A DNA stretch of 56,770 nt, the filler included, from Perkinsus olseni (Eukaryota): the NCBI GenBank assembly GCA_013115125.1. It is 2 parts of 2 records of this genome, joined end to end, with 100 filler letters (N's around TTAATTAATTAA, not from the genome) between each part and the next. Parts side by side here need not be neighbours in the genome. Positions count along the whole stretch, not along the records: positions 1 to 28,356 come from JABANN010000449.1; positions 28,457 to 56,770 come from JABANN010000450.1. One strand, given 5' to 3'. The translations under genes and the position numbers were made by a program. Shown in pieces: positions 24,166-35,700 of this stretch (within the stretch, counting starts at the first letter, position 1; each line of letters opens with the position of its first letter). The notes below the pieces were generated by a model. It saw only the letters and a list, made by a program, of their open reading frames with translations, did not search any database and was not told the DNA's origin.

Positions 24166-24687
24166 TTTGACTCTTAACACGATGTAGCTCTCTTATCTAG
24201 GCTCAGGTTTATTTGTAGTTCATCAGTTCTAATGGTAATTAGATTTTTGATAATAGAAGTTTTCATCATGTTGCGTTGTGAGTCCACTGTGGCAGTACGG
24301 CAAAATACTGTTATTGGTGTTTGCTCATCGCAGATCTTTCAAAATGAGTCGCATGCTTATCAAACGCCGTCTGTGATCTTTGATAAGGTTGGTTCTCAGC
24401 ACTCGTCGTTCACGTTGATTAAGTTCTCTGTTGTCGATTCGTCAATCGATCTTAGAGGCACCAGTAATCGTAGCAATATATGTTCCGTAGCGATCAACGG
24501 GTTTGGAACTCATAAAGTTTCCAGGAACACGATGAGCTGTCAGAGTGCGTTCCGTGTGAGTAAATCACGAGGCGTCCGTTTCTGCACGTACTGTCAACTC
24601 ATTTCTAACCGTTCGAGACTTGATGACGCAAAACATCTTCATCAATGGTAGAAATGCTGCATCATGCTCTACTGAAAGTCTGGAACC

Positions 24688-27614
24688 TCATCCACCCTGA
24701 CACCGCCAGCTCTCCACGATCACGGAATCATCAAGTCTCACAAAGTTTCTGTCGCCACTACGTCTGCTTGATATTTGAGTCGGCTGCCGCGGCGCCCGCC
24801 AACACCGTTCGATGATGTCGTCCCATCGCTCGTCGCGCCTGAAGAGGTTCTCATGAAATTCCCATATAAACACATGAGCCGGCTGGACTTGACGAGTGCC
24901 GGTGAGCGGCTTCTATTCGCTGGTACAGTGGGCTCTTTCCAACGAGCAGGCGAGGCAGTCTCCCTCCTGAAGAGTTCGCTGCTCATACTGGCCCTACTCG
25001 GCCAGTTTTTAACCTTCTTTCGTCGTCTGCTCCATCGATCCGCTCGCCATACTTTCGGCCGGTCGAGCTTTTATCGTCTTCATCGGTGGAGTCATGAAAA
25101 AGACCGCCTCTCGACTGTACTGTTCTACGATGATGCTCGTTAGATTTGACAGACGAGGCCCTCCCTGTTGGCACACTGGGTGACCACGACCAGCCGCCGC
25201 CACCTCTTGTTGTGCTGCGCCCAGTCGGGTCCGCTGTGCGAGTGTGAGAGTCAGTCATCTGCTCCAGCCCTATGGACGTTCTCGATGTCGGCAATTGACG
25301 CCTCGGCCGATTGGTGGAGTAGAGGGGACCGTTGGGGTGGGGGCGGACTGTCAATGGTGAGGGAGACTGTACCCCGACGTTCCCTTCACTCGGTGCGCTC
25401 AATGGGGCCGAGGAGGTGCACTCGGACAGGGGCTTCGACCTCCTCCGCCAACGCGAACTAGCCTGATCGCTAGGTCACATACAGGAAGCTGCAACGCTTC
25501 AATACTTGAGACGAAGCACGGCACCGTTCGGGCCGCAAGGGTGTGGCCCAGGGGTCCTGAGTTGCCGCCCTCGGTGGTGGCCCGATGCCGCCTCTACGAC
25601 GGATAGCCAAAGGCCAGTAGAACTAATATTCTAATTAGAAGACCGGCTGTTGCAAGCTGACCCACTGGTGATGGTTTCTCTGAAACAGTCGTGCAGGAAG
25701 AGGACGAGTGGAGGCTGGGTGGTGAGGACCGCAGGATCGGCGAGGAAGGCATATCTAGAGGTCGATCCAGGGTCGTTACAGAAATCGGCCTACTCACCGT
25801 CCGATCTTGCACGACTCCGCTGCAGTTTCACTATTCTCTCCAACTTCAGTCGCCTCGCCCTCTCCTGTGACCAGAGTGAAGCATTCACCTCATAGCGGTG
25901 AATCATACCTCATCGAGTTCACATCTGAGGAACGCCACAGCCTCCTTCAAGTCCTCATGCTCTTCACGGGATACGATCGGTCGCCCTCTGGCTGTAGACG
26001 GCGGAAGGCTCTGATGATACACAGGGAAAGGCATATGGTAGACAGGGTGTGGGTTCGAATCCCAGGTCTATTATTTTCACCGTGGATCGATCCTTTTGGT
26101 TGTGCGATTTTTTGGTTCCTGTACCTCCCACTGGGCGAATGAAGGAAACCGTCTTCTTCATGGTACTCGCGAACCGAATCGACCGTTGCGTATCTGATGG
26201 AGTCTTACGAGTTGGCGGAAATGTGGTATAGGATCGCACCAGTGAGGAGAGTCCGCCTCGCCCTCTCGGACTGTTCACCAATAACATCTTCTGCTATGCA
26301 AACGAGGACAAGCACGCAACTCGGAGGTTCGGCGAAAAACGCAGCCAGAAGCCTAAGAGACTTGAAGAGAGAAAAACACCATGGTCGACTAAGATATTCG
26401 AACGATCGTGAAGAGCAGCAACAAGAAGGACAGTCTCGGTTCACCTCGTGAGTGTCGAACCTCTGAAAGTTGGCGTAGCGTTGTTACACTGGGACATACT
26501 CATAACGCACATCGCGAGCGATGTCAGGCTCTTGTTAATACTCGTCATCTCGTCACGGCTATCGGGCCGCTTGTCGTGCGCTAGAAGCCCGAAACTACAC
26601 CAACGCTCGGCACCTGTCAATTTTTATAGAACATGAGGACGCGGTAAGCTCTACCGGCTAGGTCAACGACGGTTATGCGCTGTACGGCGTCAATATACAT
26701 GATGACGAGGGTGTGGGAGCGGCTACTTCGATGATTGGCTGCGTTCTTGCCGACCACTCGGTTCAGCAGACCTGTGGAAGCTAGAATGGTCATGACGTTC
26801 ACTCAGGCAGACCTCACCCGAGCTGATCATTTTTAAGGCGTCATGAGGATCCCCCGGGCAGGCTCTGACCCCGTCTGCAGCGCAGCGGATGGTAGTCCTT
26901 GAACAGGTTGGGGACAGCATATCATAAACCTGTAGGCACCAATGCTGCATTGATAGAATCACAAAAAGGGGCTCAAGTTGGCGAGCCCCCCCATGCTGTC
27001 CGAAGCATACTCAGGCCCGCCGCGCCCTGGCTACCCCACGAGTTCACCTTCTCTTTGTAAACCTCCAAGACGGATATAGTCAGCTCGTGCTTAGACCTCT
27101 TGCACTCGTCAAAAACCATCCTCAGCAATGGACCGGTTAGTCCGTGGTCACCGGGGGTAGAGTCACCACCGAACACCGAATGTGTTTTACCGCTGCCGGT
27201 ATGCCCGCTACGAGAGAGAATATCATCAGAAGTTTCGCCCTCGGCTCACTAGGCCATGATGAGCATCTTCGGACCATCTCCGTTAACACCGCCGCGCACG
27301 GCCGTTCGAGAAAGCAGTTCTGATGACCTGCAAGACAGTGGTGGTGTGAAGTTGGATGAGAGCGAACCCCTACACGTCGGCGTTGGTGGCTGCTGGAGTA
27401 AAAACTCGATCGAATCGCACATGGGAACGAGTTCGGCAGTCCGCGTAGAGGTCTGTGGGGAAGGTGAGGAAGTCCTGTGACGGATGGTTGGGCATAGCGT
27501 AGCGGTCGGTGTGGACCTCACCCCATCGCAGCCCACCAGAGGCCCTCTGTCACTGCGCCGGGGGGCCGGACGTATCCTGGCGTAAATGCTGACTGATGAT
27601 GACTCAGTATGCAT
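24688..27614 (-). CDS. Kinesin motor-domain protein, multi-exon
   Basis: VSIYARIRP, GHTGSGKTHSVFG (P-loop), LEVYKEKV, SSRSH (switch I), VVDLAG (switch II), INKSLTSL, FRGSTLTRLL. 3' end approximate. Confidence 0.88.
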
Positions 27615-28005
27615 TGGCAGCCCGCATATCAAAGTCAGAGTTGGGGAAGGGCAAACAAAGATGCCACTCGTTAGCCCAAGGCCCGGATGACTCGTCAATG
27701 CCCCTGTGGCTGAGTTGCAGTACCGTCAGTGAACGATGCTGCTAGAATGGGATTCGCCCCCCCCCCATCAACCCATAGGTTATACGACGATTCGAGCCAA
27801 CAGCCATTAGACGGTTGAACCCCCGCTCAGTTGGGAGCAGCAAGAATTTGGGGATACCAAGTCCGCCATTTACTAGCTGCCTGAGATTCCCTCTATCATA
27901 TGTTAGAATGACTATTCATTCATTACCGGACGAACTTTTCGAGAGCGTCGCACCGCACGATTCTACGCAATACTCAATAAATGAATCAGATTGGACAAAC
28001 GAGGT

Positions 28006-28287
28006 CATCTACTCGAAGGTATGGCCTATCCGATGGAAGTTCACTTTGTTCATTACAACGAGAGATACGGAAGTGTCGGGGATGCTAAGAGGAAGGCTGG
28101 TGGCCTGGCTGTCTTGGGCGTCTTCTTTGAGATTGGTGACGCCAACCCTGAGGTTGAGAAGATTCTCGAAGCCGTGAAGACCGGCAGCGACACTGTTGAT
28201 TCCATCGACTTGTACGGTTTAATCCCCGAGGATGCGGGTACAAAGTTCTTCGGTTATGATGGTTCCCTCACCACACCTACCTGTGAA
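28006..28287 (+). pseudogene. Internal fragment of alpha-carbonic anhydrase (copy 5)
   Basis: HLLEGMAYPMEVHFVH...GSLTTPTCE; homology begins and ends abruptly just before the assembly gap. Confidence 0.8.
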
Positions 28288-28356
28288 ACCTCTGAGTGTG
28301 GGGAGGGGGAGTGGGGCGTGCGAGCACCGGAACCTGAGGCAAGCGCAGTTCCGTGA

Positions 28357-28456
28357 NNNNNNNNNNNNNNNNNNNNNNNNNNNNNNNNNNNNNNNNNNNN
28401 TTAATTAATTAANNNNNNNNNNNNNNNNNNNNNNNNNNNNNNNNNNNNNNNNNNNN
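28357..28456. other. Assembly gap with artificial six-frame-stop linker
   Basis: 44 N + TTAATTAATTAA + 44 N. Confidence 0.97.
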
Positions 28457-28799
28457 AGGAACGTTCTTGAACAACGTTCTTCAAGAACGTTCCTGGGAAC
28501 GAACTCGCGCTTGTCTATTGAACAGCCCGTAAATGTTGCGCTTCGCTCCGCCCGAAAGTGATTTTACTAAACCGCTGCTGAACAAGAAAGTCTGCCCCTT
28601 TCCACTATGATTTGTGTTAACAGTCGCTCCGAATCCTCTCCTTTTAGTCTTATGCTTTAGCGTATCTTAGGTTGACTCTCGTCACAGACGGTGGCCTGCA
28701 GAGGTACCGATTGGCCGGTTACTCGGGTCACGAATGGCTGTAGATCTGTTCTCGAGTATCATGGATAATGCATGTACATTACTATGAGATGACGCATGG

Positions 28800-29000
28800 G
28801 AGGCGTGGTTCAACCTTAGATACGAGATCGCCCGACTGAAGGCGTCTCGTGAGAAGCTTGCCACAGCAGTGGACATGCAGTGTGAAGTGATGGCTCAACA
28901 GGAGGTCTTCGAACAGGAGGGTGATAATAAGGATGAGGATAAAGGAAGCAGCAAGAAGGAGACGCCAAAGGAAGGGTAGTAATAACTGGAGGAGGGGAGT
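28800..29000 (+). repeat. Orphan duplicate of an early VPS13 exon with flanking splice sites
   Basis: Near-identical to 33390-33590 (YEIARLKASREKLATAVDMQCEVMAQQEVFEQEG...PKEG). Confidence 0.9.
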
Positions 29001-29009
29001 CGGAATCGA

Positions 29010-29480
29010 GGGTTAATCTACAATTGCAGAGGTTTACGTGCGGGTGGGAAAGCTAACCGAATTTTATTCGCCTTGATCGGCGATTATACTGAAAGTTTCA
29101 TTTTCCCGGCCAGAATCATGTGTATCAGGGAAAATGAATGTATCACCGGCACTGCCGTTCCGGCAGTTCTCACGCTTGGAGGCGTGCGTATGCACTCCTA
29201 GCTGGGGCCCTGCTCACAGTTCGGAGGGAACGTCCCGTTCTTCGGGTTCACACAATATTTGAAGCGGGTCATCTTCAACACACGGCTTGCGAATCGCAAG
29301 TTGGGATTGATTTCCACTTTCCGATGATACCATTCCGAACCTAGGAGCCTGAGTAGATGGGAATGCGCAATGCTCTTTTCACGCAGGTTTGGCTCGAGCA
29401 CGCAGGCGGCCTCTTTGGAGATCCGTCGCAACAGGCGGCGTTCAGCAGTGAATTCAATCATGTACGGCTATACGCCGAAC
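29010..29480 (+). mobile_element. Degenerate LINE APE-endonuclease N-terminal fragment
   Basis: LIYNCRGLR...RIMCIRE resembles the N.RGL and .C.QE motifs; interrupted by stops. Confidence 0.45.
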
Positions 29481-32400
29481 TGGGCGCGAGGACGGACGCT
29501 CAGGTAGGCCAGTGAGCTTAGAGAATGTACTGAACTGAAATCCACTAATCACTCTAACGTAAACATGAACAACAACATCACGCAGCTTTGTGTTCGAAGC
29601 TCTGGCATCTCCCATCAACGGTCTAGCTCAGAGGCACCATCCTTGGTAAAATGTAGATTACCTTTTCATCGCGTCCAGTACTGTCGTACGGAACGTTCTT
29701 CGTTATTTCGGTCATGATTTTCTTGTCTTCTTCTGCCGTCTTGGTCTGTTCATTCCCGCCGCCGAGGTAATCCTGATCACAACTCCGCATGAGGAATTCT
29801 CATTACGATGACGTACTGAGTAGTATATGGCGGTGAGTGTGAACACCTCGACTGTGGCTCTGCAGAAACTCTCCGAGACCCCCACTTGGACCATGTAAAC
29901 TGCCATCTTGGCGTCAATGTCCGGTCCTCCGAAAGCAGCGCCTGAGAGGCTCGCTGAAGTCCCCGGGCGAGCTGAGTATTTGGTCGGCTCACGAAGGGGA
30001 GTGAACATCATCTTTTGTCCTTTGGTTGATGTAAAGGGTATGCATGCACGAGGGGCGATTTCAATGCTACTCATCCACTGCAGCCACGTTCCACGGGGGT
30101 TGAAGAAATCCTGAGACGGGCTCGGATAACTCAAAGATTCCCTTGTCATTTCGTCCTGCACCTACATATCCCATGATATAGAAGGCGTAAGGCGGCATGC
30201 TCGAACGGCTGATCAAAGATGTTTCCGGAGCGGCGTCGTCGCTTCTGTAACCCTCGCAGGCCGAGGTAACGTCATCAGCGGTTGAATCATCCGAACTGGA
30301 CGAAGCCGAGTCCGAGTCAGAATCATCATCGGAGCTTTCACCGGAGGTGTCCTGGCCCTGAGTAGTGGAGAGATGGTGCACAGTTCACTCATGAGCGCTC
30401 AAGATAGTACCTCAGTGCGGACTTTGGTCCACCAAGGATCATGCAGTCTCTTGAATCCCTGAGCCTCCGATTGAAGGACGTGATGATCACTGAGGTCTTC
30501 GTCGCCGGCTCGACTTTCCTGAGTCGAGGTTAATTGCCGAATGAGCGTATCCATTGGCTAGAGCTTGTACCTTGTAAGTCTCCTCAAGCATCAGCGCATG
30601 GGCCATAAAGGCCCCATATGCGTCCCCTGTGTTATCGTAGATGAACTCAATTGTCATATCGTCAGTGACGCGCGTGTTGACGCTGCTGGCCTTCATCTTA
30701 ATGGTAGGCAGGCCGCTATTGGGGTCGATGAATGCTTGGGGCAGCTCAGTAAGCTTTACTGTGCATACCGTTATCTGCTGGCCAACGGAACAAATTTTGG
30801 CCAGGAGTAGCGGAGGTTCTTACGTATCTCGTGCTGCTGCTTTGGTTCGGCGGTGCACCACAGAGTTTCTGCACTTCTGCGATCTGAGAAGAAACAACGG
30901 CGAGCGCACGAAGGACTGACGGGCCGTCACACCTTTTTGGCTTCTTTCCCCTCCAGTGTGTACAACAAGCTCGGCACTTCCAGCTAACGGAAGAGACACA
31001 ATCCAGTTCACCGCGGTCAACAATCGGGAGCCCGAGCACCACAGAATACGATTGCTAGGCTGTGCTGAGCTAGGTGCTCCCATTGGTCGCTCTATTACTA
31101 AGTTGAGTGTGGACAACTATCCTCAAAATTGCCGTACTGCTTTACGCCGAGGAAACTCACCGCAAAGACCAAGCCCTGGCCCACGAGACGCGTCCAGCTG
31201 TTGAAAGTGTATGTAATATTCTCATCCGGCGGCCTTGTTAATCCACCCAACCCCATTCTCCGACGTTGCCTCCTCGAAATGGTCAAAGTCCTCTGTATGA
31301 AGTGGGTCTTCCACGCTCCAATATTAGGTGGGGCGAAGGGTTTTATGACGCCAGTCTGATCCGGAAGACCTCCCAGCGGAGCGAGACACCAGCCTACCGT
31401 TTTCTTCAGCTTTGGGGCGTCACCAGAGCTAGGGGTAGCACCGGTAGCGTTGACACTCTAGAATAAAGTACATGGGTGTCAACTTCAAGTGTTGGCCCTA
31501 CCTCTAAGTTTCTGGTCACGATGTCGTCCAGACTCCCCGTGAGGCTAGAGCCCAGCACGGATGTTCCCTAATGGGCCCATTGTCTAGAGCCCTTTTTACT
31601 TGGATAGTACCTCTTCTTTATCCGAGTCGTCAGAATCCATCTGAACGGAAGTGTAGCCTTTGCGATACCGCACACTTCCTTCACAGTGCTGCAGCACCTA
31701 CTAACAATATGTCAGCTTCGAGACCAAGTCAGTCAACCTACCGTCGAATGGTACATGAGAAGAGTCGCGGCGACGCCAGTGAAACGCATTTCGTGGAGAG
31801 CTGACTGAATGGAGTCATATCCTCGGCACCTGGACTAGTGTGATTGAAAAACCCGAGCCGGCCAGCCCTTCCCAGAGGACAAGATGTCACTGCAGCGGAT
31901 GGTTACGAGCCCTTGGAGCGCCGTAGCGGTGGTAGACTCGTCAGCAGTTCTGGCTCTCACGAGTCGTGGCTCTCGGTAGCCATTCTCGACGAGCACTATT
32001 TACTGTCAATGGACCGCTGCTGGCTGGCTTATTGGCAACTCGCTATTCCCGAGAGAGCTCATCGTCCCAGCCGACTAATGCGTCACATGACGCACGCGTC
32101 ATGCTTGGTTCTGGGCATCGCCCCCTTCCTCCAGTTTCCACTTTATTCTCTCTAGCATGTGAGGGATTTTCTGCGAAAGCAACGGGCAAGTACAATGCGA
32201 GTGGGGGATCGTGGGACGATGGTGCCGTGGAATTCCGAAAATCTGAGCTCTCCAAGTATGGAAAAGCCTGAGTTCCTATACTTCGAGCGCGCATAAGTGT
32301 CGTTCGCCTGGAATGTACGTGAAGGGACATGGGAAAAGCACTGAAGATCTAGTCGAACCTTTTTTTGTTTCTTGCCAGGTTCAAGGTAGGATATGCGAGT

Positions 32401-32549
32401 CGACCAATTCGGCGGTTCACCAGTTGTAGTCATGAGGCACTAAGAAATAAACTATCGAACCGTGTCTGATTAGAAGAGCCTCCATGACGCTTTTACTGAT
32501 GATAGTTCATGAATGGTTTCGCCTGACACACATTGCCACTTGTGTTGAA

Positions 32550-32723
32550 ACCAGTATATTAATAAGGTTCGTTCTTCCGAGTTGTTTATCGCACAGGCTG
32601 AACTAATCCCCCTCAGAGGTACGTCGGTGGTGCTAGTCTAACTAAGCTCATCTGTCGGCGTTGGACTTCAAATTCACACGCACCAGTTTATTAATGAGGT
32701 TCGTTCTTCCGAGTTGTTTATCG
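32550..32723 (+). mobile_element. Short dispersed repeat, copy 2 (32592-32681), flanked by 42-bp direct repeats
   Basis: ACCAGT[A/T]TATTAAT[A/G]AGGTTCGTTCTTCCGAGTTGTTTATCG at 32550-32591 and 32682-32723. Confidence 0.65.
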
Positions 32724-32763
32724 TTTTTGTCATCAATTTCCGGACCATCATCCTTCCCGCTTC

Positions 32764-35700
32764 ATGTTTGAGGGTATCGTAAGTCGGTATCTCTCGCAAT
32801 ACCTCGGGGACTACTTCGACGGTCTCGATGAGAAGAATCTCAGCATTGGCGTGTACAGCGGTCATGTACACCTGCAAAACGTAGACTTCAAGCAGGAGGC
32901 TGTTGACATGCTGCATCTTCCTGTTAAACTCGTGCACGGCAAGCTTGGCAGTCTCCACGTTTATGTAAGAAGAGGGAATGATAGCCAGAGAGGGAGTTTG
33001 GCTGGATTTAGGTTCCTTGGAACAGGCTGGGGTCGTCTCCTGTAGTGATCGAATTGGAGGACCTCTACCTTGTTGTCGAGCCAAAACGAAGGGAAGAGTG
33101 GAGTCAAGGGTAGGTGGGAAGCGACTCACTGGTCCATTTTGTGAGTGTGAGTAAATGAGTGGGCTATGTCGTTAGCAGTACAGTCTTCCGAATGATCCTC
33201 GACTACTGTTATAAGAAGCGACATCTCGAGTACGGTTACGAATTGGGAGCTGTTTCTTGGGCATGTTTTTAACACGATGTTATGGCTGGCAGAGAGATAT
33301 CGAGCTTTTTTTGGAAATCTCGCGAGATTGTTCAGATTAGATGACTGATGATTTATTATTCTAAGCACTGTAGACGCTAGGAAGCGCGGGAAGACGTGCT
33401 TCAACCTTAGCTACGAAATCGCCCGACTGAAGGCGTCTCGTGAGAAGCTTGCCACAGCAGTGGACATGCAGTGTGAAGTGATGGCTCAACAGGAAGTCTT
33501 CGAACAGGAGGGTGGTAATAAGGATGAGGACAAAGGAAGCAGCAAGAAGGAGGCACCGAAGGAAGGGTATTAATAACTGGGAGAGGGGGTCGGAATTGGC
33601 GTGAGAAAGTCTGAGAAGGTTGTGTGATGCTAAGGAATGGGCGGTGGATCTTCGGGCGTCCTTGGGAGAAGGTTACGTTGCTGGATCTGTCCGGCCCGAG
33701 GAGTGCTGTATTGAGGTAGGTATATCGCGTCTATATGTCGGAAGATGGCCGATAATGTGGAGCTGAGGGTGTCTAATATACACATACGTTATGCCTACAG
33801 TAATGCTGAGCGTACAACTGGTGAGACGGGTATGGGTGTGTATTTCCACGGGGAAGGTTGTTGGTTCTATCCCATCGGGAGAACGCGGTCTCCTTAGGTG
33901 GGGCCTGTGGCATTACTCTCCAAGGCTTCACTATGACTACTACTGATTCATCATGGTCGCCGGTGTTCGTAGACAGGAAGGCTCCACCAGAAAATGGTGC
34001 TAAGAGGGATGACTCTAAGCTGTAATAAGGAGGAGGGCGTGGTTTCCCTTCCGGGCGTATACGCCGGAGACAGTTTCATAGCGGTCAAGGCTGTTCATGT
34101 CGCATCCCATCGGGGGAGTTTAGTGAATGGAGGCCGATACTAGTCTACGGTATGATACGATCGATGTAGAGAGTATCTGCAGTAGTAGAGTATCCCTCGA
34201 GATTCGACAATCTTTCCCTTGTTATGCTGCGATGTAGGTATAAGTTGGTACGGCTGGAGCGTCTGGCGGCGTATTGGAATCCTCTCATTATCAAGAAAGG
34301 TGACACTCCAGTACGGCCGAGAGGCACGTCAGCTTCGAGAGTATCTTTCGATACGAGTAGCTTCATTAGCATGGAAGGCGATACAGACGAAGATGGTGAT
34401 GGACAACACAGGGATTACATTGTAAATGCCGGTCGCCGGGTTCGAACCTGGGTCGTCCGATGGTTAGTCTGTGTCAGATCGAGCCGGTATCCGGATCGCT
34501 GCGAATGATTAGAACGCCAGTGGCGAAGAAGCTCCCCCCAGACGATCCGAACTTCGTGCCGAAAATTCAGCTCACTGGCGCGTTGGATGTGGTCTCGATC
34601 AAGCTGACGAAATCTCAGTAATAATGTCAGCAGCGGAGCGAAGCGATTCATGTTAGTGTTTTTCTCCTAATTGTGGTAGATACGCGGGTATGCTGCGTAC
34701 AGCGTCCCTTTTCTCCGACTACAATGCCTACAGGAGTGCCATCGAGCGACGAGTCCGTTTCGTGTGGCCATGGCGGCCCTTGAAGGGAGCTGGGACTTCG
34801 CGTGGTAATAGGGGAGGGAAGCAGTGGGACATAGCACTGACAAGGGACGCTGAGACGAGTAGTGGGTCTGTCGTAGGAGTGAGATTAGGCCTAATATGGA
34901 AAAATGACAGGCGTGGGAATCGAACCTGCGTGTTGCACCCCAGATACAGCGCGAAGGATGTGGAGGTATGCTATCGGGTGTGTGGTACGAGATATAAGGC
35001 AGACTCGGCGGGAGCTGGGGCAGCAAAGTGGCATGCCCAGGTGAGTGGACAGTGCGGCGGCTCCTTGCTGAGGTTGGGAAGATATCTTTTCAGGTTGCTG
35101 GGTGAAGTCTTCACAGATGAGAATCTTATGAGGTTGGTACAACAGAAGAAGTATAAGGCTTCCCTTTATCGTGCTGAGAAGAAAATTCAGAAAAACAGCA
35201 GCCGTCAGCAGGCGGAGCGGAGCGGGACTCCGAGCGAGTCACAGGAAAGCAGTGATGCCAGTAGCGAGCCTCAGGATACATCCGAGGAGGAGGACGTGGG
35301 CGGCAGCAGCAGCAGCAGCTGCGAAGGTGATGGGAATTGTTGCCAATGGAAGCATTCCTTATACGTAGATCGTTCTGTACATGGTACAATTGCCACGTCT
35401 CTCAGTGATAATGGCTCCGCCGCTTGTCACGGCTATCCCGCCAATTTTACATAATAGTCCTCTTCTTACTCTTCCAGTCGCCCGTTGCTGCGCGGAGTCT
35501 TTGCGCAGCCACCGGTTCTCCTCGCTTTCGATCATGAAGTTGTGATGGCTGGTTCAGATACTCCGTTCGCGTCCCTGTCCCCGGCCCCACCTGATGCTCA
35601 CGTTGGAGCGGTCAGCGTCATCGGACCTGTCTCGACCTGCATAGACCCTCATCATGATAATGAGAGGAATCTTGAGGTTGAGATGAGGTCGGAAGATCTT

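Noticed and set aside
20472-24187. Repeated antisense and alternative-frame ORFs (MTIKVHLL..., MYVMVCHP...)
   Set aside because: Shadows of the duplicated carbonic anhydrase CDS.
28401-28412. TTAATTAATTAA palindrome
   Set aside because: Centred in N runs; artificial contig linker. Adjacency across the gap is unproven.
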